Assembly (NCBI GenBank): GCA_964016885.1
Contig: OZ024746.1
Location: 3,782,001-3,846,000, forward strand
DNA from: Eledone cirrhosa
Taxonomy: Eukaryota
DNA length: 64,000 bases
Direction: 5' to 3'
The stretch's first letter is position 1, and each line of letters opens with the position of its first letter. Below the pieces are notes generated by a model that saw only the letters and a list, made by a program, of their open reading frames with translations, was not told where the DNA came from and made no database searches. Below are positions 40,683 through 55,878 of this stretch, piece by piece. Both the position numbers and the translations under genes were made by a program.

Positions 40683-40845
40683 TTTCCTTTTTCCTTCTGG
40701 AGAACCAAGTGTATTTTGAAAGGGATACGGAAGTGCAATTGTTCCTGATTCTAAATAAATTTGTATAGTGCACGAGGTACATTCAAGAGGTTTTGAGACT
40801 GTTATTAGAGAGATATTTATTTAACTCAGATCAGCACAAAACTTC

Positions 40846-40950
40846 AGTCTTCCTCAAAATAGGATCCCCATATTTCAATGTCCTTGTAACGTTCAAACCA
40901 CTTCTGGAAGAGCCCCTTGTATTTAGTTTTGAAAGTATTCTCTGTTAATC
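40846..40950 (-). mobile_element. Degenerate mariner transposase C-terminus
   Basis: Minus strand KYKGLFQKWFERYKDIEIWGSYFEED*, resembling F..W.ER..KCI...G.YFE. Confidence 0.55.
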
Positions 40951-41595
40951 TGATGGTCTTCTACTGATTTTACGTCTGCTCAGTATATCTAGTTTAGTAA
41001 GTATTTTCTAACCAAAGAAAATCTGGTCATGTCTCTATAATTGTTTTTTTGTTAGTTTGTTTGTGTGGTGTTTATATATTTCTGGTTTGGTTAACCCCAG
41101 CATAATTCATTTTCTAGATGTTACCTTAAATTTAGAAACTATTAAATACTATTCAAGAACAAATAACAATTCGATGTATTTTCCCCCGCTACTATGTTAA
41201 GAAACTTCTTCCCTAATATTGTTAAATACATATCTCCATTATCTTCTGGTGAAGCCGTGTTCGTTTCTATAACGATATTATTTGTAATATTAACTTTACA
41301 GAGAAAACATGATAAAATACAAAACTGATCTAATGCGCTTTAAGATAAAAATTTACAATAACTTTCTATGTATAACCCGGGGTTTTAATTTAACCATACC
41401 GCCATGTGTTCCCGGAAATCTCTTAAATTTGATATCTTTACATTTTCCGATGAAACGTAACGTTTCATTAATATTATAGTTTTTATTTTTCATGTATTTA
41501 ACTTCAATAATTCAAGCAATTTTTCCTCTAACGGTAATTGTCTTTTGAAAGTTTTAATATATTGAACAAAAGTCCTGTAAGGTAATAATTTTTAC

Positions 41596-42152
41596 AGATT
41601 TTATATTGCTATATTATCAACATAGATTTTATATTTCTATAGTATCAACATAGATTTTATATTTCTATAGTATCAACATAGATTTTATATTTCTATATTA
41701 TCAACATAGATTTTATATTTCTATATTATCAACATAGATTTTATATTTCTATATTATCAACATAGATTTTATATTTCTATATTATCAACATAGATTTTAT
41801 ATTTCTATATTATCAACATAGATTTTATATTTCTATATTATCAACATAGATTTTATATTTCTATATTATCAACATAGATTTTATATTGCTATATTATCAA
41901 CATAGATTTTATATTGCTATATTATCAACATAGATTTTATATTGCTATATTATCAACATAGATTTTATATTGCTATATTATCAACATAGATTTTATATTT
42001 CTATAGTATCAACATAGATTTTATATTGCTATATTATCAACATAGATTTTATATTGCTATATTATCAACATAGATTTTATATTGCTATATTATCAACATA
42101 GATTTTATATTGCTATATTATCAACATAGATTTTATATTTCTATAGTATCAG
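41596..42152. repeat. 28-bp AT-rich minisatellite, about 19 copies
   Basis: Unit tatcaacatagattttatatt(t/g)ctata(t/g). Confidence 0.97.
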
Positions 42153-42500
42153 CATATTCATACAATAAAAAAAATCAGAAAAATATATTTTCCACAAGCC
42201 TTAGCACATTTGGTTTTTAACAAAAAACGAGGTAGCCAATTCAGGTGTTTGCCCTATATTCACAGCTGTTGTCATTCAAATTTACGCTTAAACGAAACCA
42301 TATTCGTTTCAAACCAACAAAAGATTGAACGACCGATCAGAAATATTAAGACATGGTTCGAAGTATTTACTTAGCAATTATATACCAGCAAATGACTGAA
42401 TCTAACAAATTATTTGTCATATAATTGAATATTTAGAAAACCTGAAAAATATTTTTAAAACACTTATATGGCTTCAATTATTTTCTTTCTACTGCTAGAA

Positions 42501-42531
<31 letters not shown>

Positions 42532-42904
42532 GTACATAAGTGGTGTTACGGAAATGGGAATTTATTCTCCAAACGAATAATTAGCCCAAATTCTTGCAAC
42601 TGCTTGGACTCCGTTGAAGACCCCCCGATGTCCAGGTTGTGTTTTATCTCGAGCCTTGTTAAGCCTACTATCTAAAAACTCAGAAGATAAAACAAGAAAA
42701 ACACACCAATGTATCTAACCCCAATCTCTAACAATTCCACCCATACACCGTTTATCCTCTGACAATCAACATTAGACTTCTATTTCATTTTAACAATCAC
42801 GAAAAGATGAAAAGAAAATCAAAGTTGACCTCAGCGGGATACTAACTCTGAACACAGAGAGTCGGAAACAAATGTAATGTATTTTATTTCCTTCTCTGTG
42901 TGTA

Positions 42905-43742
42905 TGTATATCTCTGTATATCTCTCTCTGTATATCTCTGTATATCTCTCTCTGTATATCTCTGTACATCTCTCTCTGTATATCTCTGTATATCTCTGTA
43001 TATCTCTCTCTGTATATCTCTGTATATCTCTCTCTGTATATCTCTGTATATCTCTCTCTGTATATCTCTGTATATCTCTGTATATCTCTCTCTGTATATC
43101 TCTGTATATCTCTCTCTGTATATCTCTGTATATCTCTGTATATCTCTGTATATCTCTGTATATCTCTCTCTGTACATCTCTGTATATCTCCCTCTGTATA
43201 TCTCTGTATATCTCTGTATATATCTCTCTGTATATCTCTGTATATCTCTCTCTGGACATCTCTGTATATCTCTGTATATCTCTGTATATCTCTGTATATC
43301 TCTGTATATCTCTCTCTGTATATCTCTCTCTGTATATCTCTGTATACCTCTCTCTGTACATCTCTGTATATCTCTGTATATCTCTGTATATCTCTCTCTG
43401 TATATCTCTGTATATCTCTGTATATCTCTCTCTGTACATCTCTGTATATCTCTGTATATCTCTGTATATCTCCCTCTGTATATCTCTGTATATCTCTCTA
43501 TGTATATCTCTGTATATCTCTCTCTGTATATCTCTGTATACCTCTCTCTGTACATCTCTGTATATCTCTGTATATCTCTGTATATCTCTCTCTGTATATC
43601 TCTGTATATCTCTGTATATCTCTCTCTGTACATCTCTGTATATCTCTGTATATCTCTGTATATCTCCCTCTGTATATCTCTGTATATCTCTGCATATCTC
43701 TGTATATCTCTCTCTGTATATCTCTGTATATCTCTCTCTGTA
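42905..43742. repeat. (TCTCTGTATA)n-type 10/14-bp minisatellite
   Basis: Direct inspection; source of the RDIQRYTE-type ORFs. Confidence 0.97.
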
Positions 43743-43964
43743 TGTGAGAGTGTGTGCAACATTGACACATCTGCATGTAACCTTCTTACATTCTGTACAT
43801 ACCCTCATCTTTTCAATGACATATGATGTGAATAAATATATAAGTATGCAACTATGAAATTGGGAGCGTGTGTCTGCATGTAACACATCTATACAGTCAC
43901 ACACACACTCACACACATTATATATATATGTGTGTGTGTGTGTATGTGTGTGTATATATATATA

Positions 43965-44021
<57 letters not shown>

Positions 44022-44092
44022 GTGAGACATATTTAGATGATAAATACATTGAATACACAGAATACCAAAATTTATCATTATGTATATTATAT

Positions 44093-44205
<113 letters not shown>

Positions 44206-44779
44206 CGTGTGTGTGTGTATGTGTGTGTGTGTGTTTCTTCACTGGAACCTACATATTTCTATGTGTATATTTATCTGTATATGACGTTTAATGTAGGCGT
44301 GTGATATATTAGTGGTAATATATATTTTAGTGTGTGTAGAGTATTTTATATTTGTTTCCATTATATATTTATATTAGCTATATAATAAGGAATAACCTAA
44401 CTAATGCATTGCTTTCCTAACATTTCTTACAGATGATTTTCTTTTTGTTCCTGGAATCTGTTGACTCAGTACTTTACTGAATATTTATAAACATTCCGAT
44501 GGTTTTTCCAGGCGAACCATAAAGGTCCTTGACATAAATAGACCGTTCAAAGTGTAGGAGTGGAATATTTGACAGAAGTCAAGCCATTGGATAAAGAGAG
44601 ATAGAAATTGTTTGATGTTATACTAAGCATGATAAATGAAGGTTTCATTCAATGAATGCAAACTAGAATATTTAAGTTGGAACATCTTGATGCCGTTCAA
44701 TCGCACACCTACATATACCCGCTCACACACACACACACATACCCACACACTCTCACGCACACACACACACACACAGAGA

Positions 44780-44883
<104 letters not shown>

Positions 44884-45210
44884 CTCATGCATATCCCTGG
44901 CAGGTCAATAAATTATCGTTCTCTTGGGATATATAAAATCTGAAGCAACTGAAATATAATGAGCCTTACCAAAATCTCTGACCGCAAAAACATTCTGTAA
45001 ATTGAACAATAAGTCAGACCACCTCAAGCTATTCAATAGCTTTTTTGGAGGGAAATGTCTGTTTAGTATAAGAAAGAATACCTGTTAAGAGAGATTTTAT
45101 TCCTCAACCATCCAGGTTTCTCGTAATGATAACCATATCGATTTATTGATTGGTTTCTCTTATTCAACGAGCAGTTGATAAATTTTATCTGATAATGATG
45201 ACAATCTACT

Positions 45211-45262
45211 TCTATCTCCTGATGAAGGACTAGTGTCCGAAACATTAAGACTCTTTTCCTGC
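45211..45262 (+). ncRNA. Hammerhead-like motif
   Basis: CTGATGA-a GGAC tagt GTCC-GAAA-cattaagactcttttcctgc; second copy at 34808; stems I and III are imperfect. Confidence 0.55.
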
Positions 45263-45385
45263 AATTTCAAGCGTTAAACTAATATATTTCTTCAATGTAG
45301 TATTTCGTTTATTTTGTAAGCAATCTTACTTGTTTTATTTTTGTTTCTACACTTATCTACACGAACAAACTTTACTCTACATCTT

Positions 45386-45448
<63 letters not shown>

Positions 45449-45572
45449 AATTAGTATATCTAGTAACATATATATACACAGATGCATACTTATGCTAGCA
45501 AATATATAGGTTTTGTCTTAGTAACTTTATGGTTCAATGCATGGGGATGCAGAACAATAATATGAGAGACCT

Positions 45573-45666
45573 AAAATAAGAAAATTATAAAATTAACTTA
45601 CTTACTAAAATTTCACTCCAGTGGAGTGAAATTTTAGTAAGTTAATTTTATAATTTTCTTATTTTA
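45573..45666. repeat. Fold-back inverted repeat between (TA)n tracts
   Basis: aaaataagaaaattataaaattaactta..ctaaaatttcactcca g tggagtgaaattttagtaagttaattttataattttcttatttt. Confidence 0.8.
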
Positions 45667-45668
45667 CG

Positions 45669-45739
<71 letters not shown>

Positions 45740-46010
45740 CATATATATATGTATGTATATATATATACATACATTATATATATATATATATATATATATA
45801 ATGTATGTATGTCTATACATATATACATGTATATATGTATATATATATATGTATGTATGTATGTATATATATATATATATACATGTATATATGTATGTAT
45901 GTATGTATATATATATATATATACATGTATATATGTATATATATATATGTATGTATATATATATATATATATACATGGTTTAGATGTGAAAGGAAGAATA
46001 AATAGAACAT

Positions 46011-46197
46011 AACTGTTTCTACTTTAGGCACAAGGCCAGCAATTACCCAGTGCATTACTGGTACTTTATTTTATCAACCCCGTAAAGATGAAAGGCAAAG
46101 TTAAGCTCGACGGGATTTGAACTAAGATCATAAAGGGACGTAGCTCTATGCTTCAAAGCATGGTGTCCGACTCTCTACCGATACTGCCAATCCACGG
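46011..46197 (-). mobile_element. SINE group A
   Basis: Full-length reverse complement ending ctctaccgatactgccaatccac. Confidence 0.85.
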
Positions 46198-46350
46198 CCA
46201 TTAGAACATCATGTATGTTAATTGGACGTATTCAGTTGTTCAAAGCTGAAACTTCATTGATTTGAAAATATGGAGTAGCAATGGGATGTAGCTTCAAGTT
46301 GGAATAAAGGAATTTACGTACACACATATATTTATTCATACTTATATGCG

Positions 46351-46395
<45 letters not shown>

Positions 46396-46398
<3 letters not shown>

Positions 46399-46563
46399 AA
46401 CGAGTAGGACCCCGTCCAGAATTAGCCGTCCAGAATTAGCCGTCGAAACGGCTTGAGCTCAGCCGTCGGGGTCCTACTCGTTCCTATTACCCACTCTACT
46501 ACACTAAGTATTAAATACTTTGGTGCGTTATGGTCCACCTGGTTCCTTACCACATTTCCTTCG

Positions 46564-46565
<2 letters not shown>
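46396..46565 (+). mobile_element. Family T1 copy 4 in (TA)n
   Basis: Inverted head aggaacgagtaggacccc, a duplicated ccagaattagccgt, then ccgtc-GAAA-CGGCT tgagctc AGCCG-TC-ggggtcctactcgttcct...ccttcgtt. Confidence 0.8.
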
Positions 46566-46632
<67 letters not shown>

Positions 46633-46677
46633 TTAATTAAAAATATTAACAAAAAGAGAACTTCTTGTGATCAATTA

Positions 46678-46744
46678 TATTTTATTATACATATTTCAGA
46701 GGTACTGAGCTAACTTCAACAGTACGTCCTCATCAGATAAAATA
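46678..46744 (-). ncRNA. Type I hammerhead motif, left arm
   Basis: Exact reverse complement of 46827-46893. Confidence 0.7.
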
Positions 46745-46826
46745 AGATGATTCATGACATACCCTGACATACTAGATGGTTAAAATCCAGTCATAGTAGT
46801 ATGTCAGGGTATGTCATGAATCATCT

Positions 46827-46893
46827 TATTTTATCTGATGAGGACGTACTGTTGAAGTTAGCTCAGTACCTCTGAAATATGTATAATAAAATA
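46827..46893 (+). ncRNA. Type I hammerhead motif, right arm
   Basis: tattttat-CTGATGA-ggac GTACTG...CAGTAC ctct-GAAA-tatgta-TA-ataaaata, with an 8-bp stem I. Confidence 0.7.
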
Positions 46894-47182
46894 TAATTGA
46901 TCACAAGAAGTTCTATTTTTGTTAATATTTTGAATTAATATTAATAACTCCGGAAAACCAAACTGTTGAGTGCTTCCAATCTATTGTAAAACTAATTCTT
47001 TTATTTATTCATTGAACCTTGTTTAACCTTTAAATATATATATATAGTAGAAGGGATATTTAATTTGTTGGAAATCCAACAAATATAAATGTTTATAACT
47101 GATTCAGAGCACTCGACAAGTTTTCTGGAGTAAATATTCAATGATATTAAATAAATGGAAACTATATTTATAAAACCATATT

Positions 47183-47244
47183 TATTCTATTATATATATT
47201 TCAAGAGTACCAAAAACTTTGGTACGCTTTCCTCAGATAAAATA
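47183..47244 (-). ncRNA. Type I hammerhead motif of the 5101 family, inside an inverted-repeat module spanning about 47141-47418
   Basis: Minus strand tattttat-CTGAGGA-aagc GTACCAAA gtt TTTGGTAC tctt-GAAA-TATATA-TA-atagaata. Confidence 0.7.
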
Positions 47245-47412
47245 CAAAGAGTGTTTTATAAATGTTCACATAGCCAAGGATAATCATACCTTATCAGTTG
47301 AATATTCCCAGGGAATATTCAACTGATAAGGTACCAAGGAATATTCAACTGATGAGGTATATATAATAGAATAAATATGGTTTTATAAATATAGTTTCCA
47401 TTTATTTAATAT

Positions 47413-47470
<58 letters not shown>

Positions 47471-47508
47471 TTTCTGAATTTGTTTAGCAAGATTCTTTAT
47501 CTGAAAAC

Positions 47509-47638
47509 GTGTGTTGAAACCGATATTGTTATACTTTGGGAGGGTCATGTTGCCAATAAGAAACACACGCACCAGTGCGTGTGTTTCTTATTGGCAACGT
47601 GACCCTCCCAAAGTATAACAATATCGGTTTCAACACAC
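47509..47638. repeat. Fold-back with 64-bp arms next to (TA)n; the family also occurs at 30781-30835 and 54940-55008
   Basis: gtgtgttgaaaccgatattgttatactttgggagggtca...cacacgcac ca gtgcgtgtg...cggtttcaacacac. Confidence 0.85.
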
Positions 47639-47645
47639 TTTTTCC

Positions 47646-48490
<845 letters not shown>

Positions 48491-48493
<3 letters not shown>

Positions 48494-48648
48494 AACAAGT
48501 AGGACCCCGACGGCAGAATTACCCGTCGAAACGGCTTGAGCTCAGCCGTCGGGGTCCTACTCGTTCCTATTACCCACTCTACTACCATAAGTATTGAGCA
48601 CTTTGGTGCGTTATGGTCCACCTGGTTCCTTACCACATTTCCTTCGTT
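48491..48648 (+). mobile_element. Family T1 copy 5 in (TA)n
   Basis: Inverted head aggaacaagtaggaccccgacggc, then ccgtcgaaacggcttgagctcagccgtcgggg...ccttcgtt. Confidence 0.8.
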
Positions 48649-48784
48649 ATATATATATATATATATATGTATGTATATATAATGCGATGAAATACCAATG
48701 ATGGTTGGCAAATCACTGATGAGGGACTAATTTTATAATATGTAACCCATGTGCAACCATGCAGTTTTCCTCTTTCTTCCCATG

Positions 48785-48823
<39 letters not shown>

Positions 48824-48969
48824 CAGATGCATCACTGATTTTCGCTTTTTTATACTATACACACTCTGCTCTGTATGAATATCGAGTGCTAATTTTGGCA
48901 TACCGCCTATGGAAGCACCATAGCTACCATTATACACATGTATATATATACATATATCTATCTATATAT

Positions 48970-49004
<35 letters not shown>

Positions 49005-49170
49005 CATATATTTATATATATATATACATACATATATATATACATACATATATATATATATACATATATATATATACACACACACATATATACATATATA
49101 CATACATACACATACACGCACATAGCTGCTATCTAAATTCCAATGAAAGAGTTTTGTTCCTGTATTGGTA

Positions 49171-49288
<118 letters not shown>

Positions 49289-49650
49289 CGAACTTGAAAA
49301 AAAAAAGGAAGAACATTCACACACATACATTCATGCGTACATACATACATGCCCGCACACATGTATATAGTCAAACAAACACGCACGCAAACATATATAT
49401 GTATATATGGGTGTATAAGTGTGTGTGTGTGTGTGTGTATGTGTGTGTGTGTTTGTGTGTGTAAGTGTGTGTGTTTGTGTATGTATGTATGTGTGTTTTG
49501 TACGTTTGTGTGTGTATGTATGTGTGTGTATGTATGTGTATGTATGTATGTGTGTGTGTATGTGTCTGTGTGTGTATATATGTATGTGTAAGTGTGTGTG
49601 TAAGTGTGTGTGTAAGTATCTATCTATCTATCTCTCTATGAATCTCTCCC

Positions 49651-49703
<53 letters not shown>

Positions 49704-51018
49704 CTCTCTATGAATCCCTCCCTCTCTCCCTCTCACACACTCTCTCTCTCTCCCTCTCACACACACACTCTCTCTCTCTCTATTCCTGAATCTCTCTCTC
49801 TCTCTCCCTCACTCTCTCTCGCTCTCTGTCCCTTTCTCCATTTATCTCTATCATTCTCTTTCTGTCTGGAAGGACCAGATGTAAACCTGTAAACAGGTGG
49901 GTCTCACTGTGTTAAGTTGCCTAAACACTTCGTATGTCACAATAGGGCCTCCGAACTCCCTCATTCTCGCAGTGGTGTAAGTCTCCTCCTGGCTGGAAGC
50001 TAGAGAGTCTCTTGCACAGAAACTCCCTCCTAGCAGCGTAGCATGAACAATTTAAGAATCTTGAACTGCTTAAGGTAACCACTTAAATCATCAATAAACC
50101 CATGACAAACAGAGCGAGCTTACGAGAGTGGCTCTGCATGGTCACTTGACATGCTAGAAGTAGCAGCTAAAATCTCATAAAATCATCCTTTGTCTTAGAA
50201 AGGGATTGCATCCAATAATGTAGTCTGGGGTAATTAATACCCTAAAGAAATAAGCTGACATTGGGTTAAACAACAATGAAACAACAAGGACAGCAGCATC
50301 AACATATATACATACATACATACATACATACATACATACATACATACATACATACATACATGGTCGCTGCCAACTCGTTTTCGAGTACGGCCACTACTTT
50401 ATATCCATGTAGGAGAACCCCTACTGATGCGCTGAACGAGTGTGACTTTTTAGTCCAGCCAACGACTTGAAAACTCTGGTACAAACACTACACTTGTGAC
50501 AATTACTGACATAGTGCTGGGCTCATGGTACCATGTGACAAGTGCAGAGAGATCTCCAGATATAAAGCAATGCCTGTGCCGTGAAGCTTTTATAGTGAGC
50601 AAAGGCACTGCACAAAGCCAGTCCCACTCTCTTAACCAAGATGATATTTACCAAAAAGAAGAACAAGTCAACATCAGGAAAATGTGTAAAACATTCTTGC
50701 GATTCAAGGGATGACAATTTCTTTTCTTTTACAATCTTGCCACCATGGAGGTGGCCGGTCAAAAATGTACTCGAAATTAAGAGAAAGAGAAACACACTTA
50801 CATACATACATTATATACGTGACTTCTACCATGTACTTGGTTGATTTGATACTTCTGTACGGCTTCCGTCTACTAAGGTCAACTCAAAAGTATTTCCTAA
50901 AACAAGTCTATATTAGAAATCATATTGCCAAGACAAAATACGAAAGCCCATGGTTGAAAAGCAGGTTTCGTAGACACAATCGTAGTTGCATCGTATTGAG
51001 CAAACAGATAGGTATAGT

Positions 51019-51195
51019 CGGTGCCGGATTTTCCATTGTGCTTAGGTGGTGTAATGAAGCACAGGACCCCGTTGGTCAAGGGGTGGGTGGGACCGATCTT
51101 CCTACCCCCAAACATTTTTACGATGAATTTTCCAAATGTTTGGGGTCTCATCACGTAACTAGCACCAGGCTTCATTTGTCCTAAATCCGGCACTG
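51019..51195. mobile_element. hAT-type MITE
   Basis: TIRs cggtgccggattt and aaatccggcactg; 8-bp flanks ggtatagt and ggtatggc (6/8 identical). Confidence 0.75.
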
Positions 51196-51948
51196 GGTAT
51201 GGCCATGAAGTAAAACGGTATGGCACAGAGTTGAACCTATATCGCAAGTTCAGTTAAACCGTGTTTAAACTACAGACGTCCTACAGCTGTTACACTGCCA
51301 ACATTCGTTTATTTTCTCTCTCTCTTTCAGGGAGATATGTTTATTTTATCTCATCTATGTAGTAGGAAGAGTATGTGTCTATAATTATTTATCATCTGTC
51401 AGCCACTGGTGACTAATAATATTCGTTGATCTTTATAACCCCCACTGTTATTTCACTACCCACTCTGTCTTCCATTCCCAGTAACAAATGTCACATTTCC
51501 GCAATGGTGAAGTAACATTTTTTCAGGGATGTTGCATTTGAATCCGAGAGAATAAAAAGAATAGAAAGAGCAAGAGATAAAGAATAAAGTAAAATGAAGA
51601 AATAGAATTTGTTGTTGTTGATAGTTATCTCCGGTTAGCAATCAGATACCGTTGGAGATTCGTGGTTGTGTCAGTAATGATAATAATGATTTCTAACTTA
51701 GATACAAGCCCACACAGTTTAAAGTAGGAAACAGTCAATTATAAAAGACCTCTATCGAGCAGAGAAGCATACATGACGAAATAGGTCTCGACTGGATTTA
51801 AAGTCAGAACGGACAAATACACAGTATTTTTCACTTCGGTGGTCTAGTAATTCTGCCATTTCACAAATACAAAACAATAACGTACACAACTTCCGTCATC
51901 TGTAACCACCTCTGATGCGTGATTCGAGTGTGTGTGTGTGTGTGTGTG

Positions 51949-52019
<71 letters not shown>

Positions 52020-52020
<1 letters not shown>

Positions 52021-52245
52021 GGGCGGGTAAAATTTGGACGAGTTCTCTCCAGCGGTCTCTGTCCGCCGCCATGTCCTGCGTCTCCCAGAGACCACTGTCT
52101 GTCCGTGGGGCATCAATATATGTTAACCTCAGTCTCCTCTGTGTTACTTTCGAGCTGACTTTTGGGAGGCTCCCTGTACAGCTCTGAGTTCTTCATCCTC
52201 AGTGTATACCGATTAATGTTCAGAGCCATCCTCACCATTCTCCTG
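52020..52245 (-). mobile_element. RTE-group LINE family L, third copy, internally deleted
   Basis: Matches 37399-37770 with the segment between two taacctcagtct repeats missing. Confidence 0.85.
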
Positions 52246-52309
52246 TATATATATATCCATATGTGGTTGACGACTGAGAAAAAAGTGTAATCAATACCGA
52301 GGATAAATA

Positions 52310-52460
52310 GTGAGTTCAAATCTCACTGAGGTTAGTTTTGCCTTTCATCCGTACGGGGTCGATAAAATAAAGTACTAGACACGTACTGGAGTCGATTTAA
52401 TCGACTTTCCCCTCCTCAAACATTGCTGGCCTTGTGCCTAAATCAGAAACCATTATTATT
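52310..52460 (+). mobile_element. SINE group A, 5'-truncated
   Basis: B box, central domain and (att)n tail. Confidence 0.85.
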
Positions 52461-52472
52461 ATTGCTATTACT

Positions 52473-52690
52473 GTGAAGGCGTGTTGCTGATTGATTAAAG
52501 AACTGGATTCGCAATCGTGAGGTTGTGAGTTCGATTTCCGGACCGAGCGATACGTTATGTCCTTGAGCAAGACACTTTATTTCACGTTGCACCTTCTACC
52601 TGGAGTTGCGACTGATAGATAGTATTAGCAACTGGAAAGACCAACGGAAACATTGTTTCCTCGGTCCGATTTGACGAAAGTCGATCGACT
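52473..52690 (+). mobile_element. SINE group B, tail type 3
   Basis: tRNA-like head with gagttcgatttcc, CORE-like gtccttgagcaagacacttta, tail ...ccgatttgacgaaagtcgatcga. Confidence 0.8.
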
Positions 52691-53452
52691 CTTTTTTTTT
52701 TATTACTGTGGGCTACGTTCCTGTCGACCTAAATGTACAATCTTGTTTTGACTCTTGTTAAGAACCATTTTCACTTTTCTTCCACAGCAAATGCCCTTTG
52801 GAAAATCATAAAAACCACGCAGCCCCATTTCACTCTCCTCAATATCTATAGAAACAGACTTTCCAGCATGACCATGCCTTCAACAAAAGAAACGTTAATT
52901 CCTTCTCAGTTCCTTTTCAAAAGTAACCTTTTTTTTAGTTCTAGTTCTTTAATTTGTTGTGGACACGAAGTGAAATGGAATCGTTTCAGTCTACTATATC
53001 TATCATATACCCCTAACATTCAGTCTAATCGACAGAAATCAATATATGGTAGGACAACTAGAACAAATATATATGATGGGAGACTAAAGTGAGCCAGAGT
53101 GTGTGTTATGATAGTTTTGATAAAATACATCACGTGCACTTAATTTGAAGAGAACATAAACCTCCACTATTATAAACAGCCAGGCTCCAATATAAACTCT
53201 ATAATTTATTTCCTAACCTTTTTAAACAAGCCACACAGAAGCTTGCCATAAATTTGAGAGTTTGAAAATATCAACAAATGTCAGTATACTAGACATTGGC
53301 TCCCAGCAGATAAAAAGAAGTTTACATTCTTTGTTTTTTTTCTTCCTTACTAAAAATACTACAATTTGCATAAATTATTTGGAGAAAAATAAAAACCATG
53401 ACTCAATGAGTATTGTGACTGATTATTAGTTGACTCTCTCTCTCTCTCTCCT

Positions 53453-53501
<49 letters not shown>

Positions 53502-53547
53502 CATATATACATACATATATATATATATATATTTCATATATACATAC

Positions 53548-53590
<43 letters not shown>

Positions 53591-53733
53591 CATATATATA
53601 TATATGTATATACATATATATATATATACATATTATATATACATACATATATATATATATATATTTCATATATACATACATATATATATATATTTCATAT
53701 ATACATACATATATATATATATATATTTCATAT

Positions 53734-53798
<65 letters not shown>

Positions 53799-53805
53799 TA
53801 TATAT

Positions 53806-53861
<56 letters not shown>

Positions 53862-55878
53862 TCTCCACTGCCACTAGAGTGCTGAATCATTACTCTTCCT
53901 TCACTAACTCTCACTCTCACTCTCCTTCATATTGTTAATACCTCCGTCTTTCATCCAACAACTGACGAGTCTTTCTCTCTTTGTCTTTTCTTTTCGTTTC
54001 GTTTAAAATTATGTTTTTCATTATTTCTTTCAGAAGAATCTTTGCTCTTTGCATTCCTTATTCAATAACCTACCTGGCTGGTAGAATTAAACCTTCCCCT
54101 GGTTCAACACCACCACCATTGGGTGGGATAGAAGTAACTAACCTAATATTATTAACAGGGTGGCATTTTCCTCAAATAGTTCTCCTAAAAAAGAGGAGAA
54201 TGTGTGTACGTAAGCTAGAGAGAGAGAGAGGGTGTGAGATAGAGAGAGAGGGGAAATTGTTTTAGGTTATTTTTTTTTTTTTGCAGTAACTTAATTGCAG
54301 TAACTTAATTAGGACATGAGAATATTAACATTTTAAAATGTTGATTCATCCATCTGGATAGAAAGTTACACTACTGAAATGGTGAAGAGTTATCATCATT
54401 CCAACATCTGCTGTCTCATAACTTCGACATTTTACTGAAAAAGTTATTCCACACTCAGAAGATGAATAAGAATAGGTTTAGTCTTCTACATAACAGTTTC
54501 TGTTGCTTCACGGCTGATACAATATCTTCTAGAATTGTATGTAAAACATCGTTTTTGTTATAAAGGAAATGTTGTAAGTGGCCTTCATTCTCCCCTTTAA
54601 GGTTGTTATTGAAAAATAGTCAATACTTTTATTAGGATTCTTAAAAGATTGAAAATAATAGTTTGACACATCTGAATGTATCATCTCAATGTCTCGATGT
54701 GCTCTTTCAGCTTCGAATGTGTTCATACCCAAACAGAGACAACCAAAAGAAAACGTTATAGAAACACAACGGGAGGAAATCACCGAAGATGTCACAGAAA
54801 AATGTGTGATGAAAGAACTTTGAGAAATTATATTTATATTTATATGTTTAACTGTTGGTCAATCAATGATAAACATTGATTGTCAGCTAAATTATTTACA
54901 AAAATATAAAAATGTACTGAAGCGAAAAACGAAACAGTGAGTGTGTTTTATTATTTTTGGCAATATTAGGACAACATGACCCTCCCCAAATATAACAATA
55001 TCTGTTTCACTTCATTATTCCCAAATATATTTTCACATTACAAGCACTTGGGTATTGTTTCATTAGTGATCCATAGAATTAAAACATTTGAAATATTTCT
55101 GTGAATATTGCTGTCATAGTCCCAATATTTGGTTGCATCAGTTACTTGTGGAAACAGTAGTTTTCACCTATTATAAGGATTCTTCAAAGCTGTAAACGTT
55201 GATTTTATTGGTTGATATAATATGGGAGTGTATGTTTGTGAAGTCTATATGTATTCGTGTTTAAACAGTTTTATGATAATAAATATGTAAATTTATTGAA
55301 TATAACTTGTGTAATTTTATGTGGAAAATGATTTTATGCATTTGTCCGAAATAAGCTATGAGAGTTACATTTAAGGGGAGATTACTGTAACACTATGATA
55401 TTATTTCTAAGTCGTGTTGTATTTATTAAAAAAAAAATTAAGTTTCATTTCAGACTGTTAGTGAAATGCCTGTATAGTGCTTAAGGAAATAACCACTCAC
55501 AGATGGACATACCGAAATCAATTCGGTTTACTTGTTCTATATTCCTTCTTAGAGTAGAGTTTACGCCAGACCTGGCAAAAGTCAGGGTGGTAGATTGGCA
55601 GAGGGGGTGAACTAATAGATCATTAGAACATCGGAAAAAATAACTTAACTGTATTTGTTCCAGTTCGAACGTTTTGAGTTCAAATCCCATGTAAGAAATC
55701 AGAATATTTTACAATTACTATTCTAGCCATTCCAGAAGAATGAGTATGTAAAATCTATCTTGAAGAAATTTGAACTCAGAAGGATGAAATTAAATGCGCC
55801 ATAATATACAGTTCGGTGTAAACACGGTTTCTGCTGTTTAACTTTTGTTCCTTCTTGTACTGTTGATGCTAACATATA

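Larger units (their letters stand above)
46629..46942. repeat. Near-perfect palindrome of about 315 bp (arms about 145 bp) carrying two hammerheads
   Basis: The arms are reverse complements around a loop at about 46775-46796. Confidence 0.9.

Noticed and set aside
44431-44622. Minus-strand coding exon bounded by ag and gtaag
   Set aside because: The frames I translated hit stop codons before the donor, and the peptides are not recognisable.
50496-51247. Cluster of non-repetitive ORFs of 67-157 aa as a gene
   Set aside because: They overlap on both strands with no recognisable motif, and part of the region is a hAT MITE (51019-51195).
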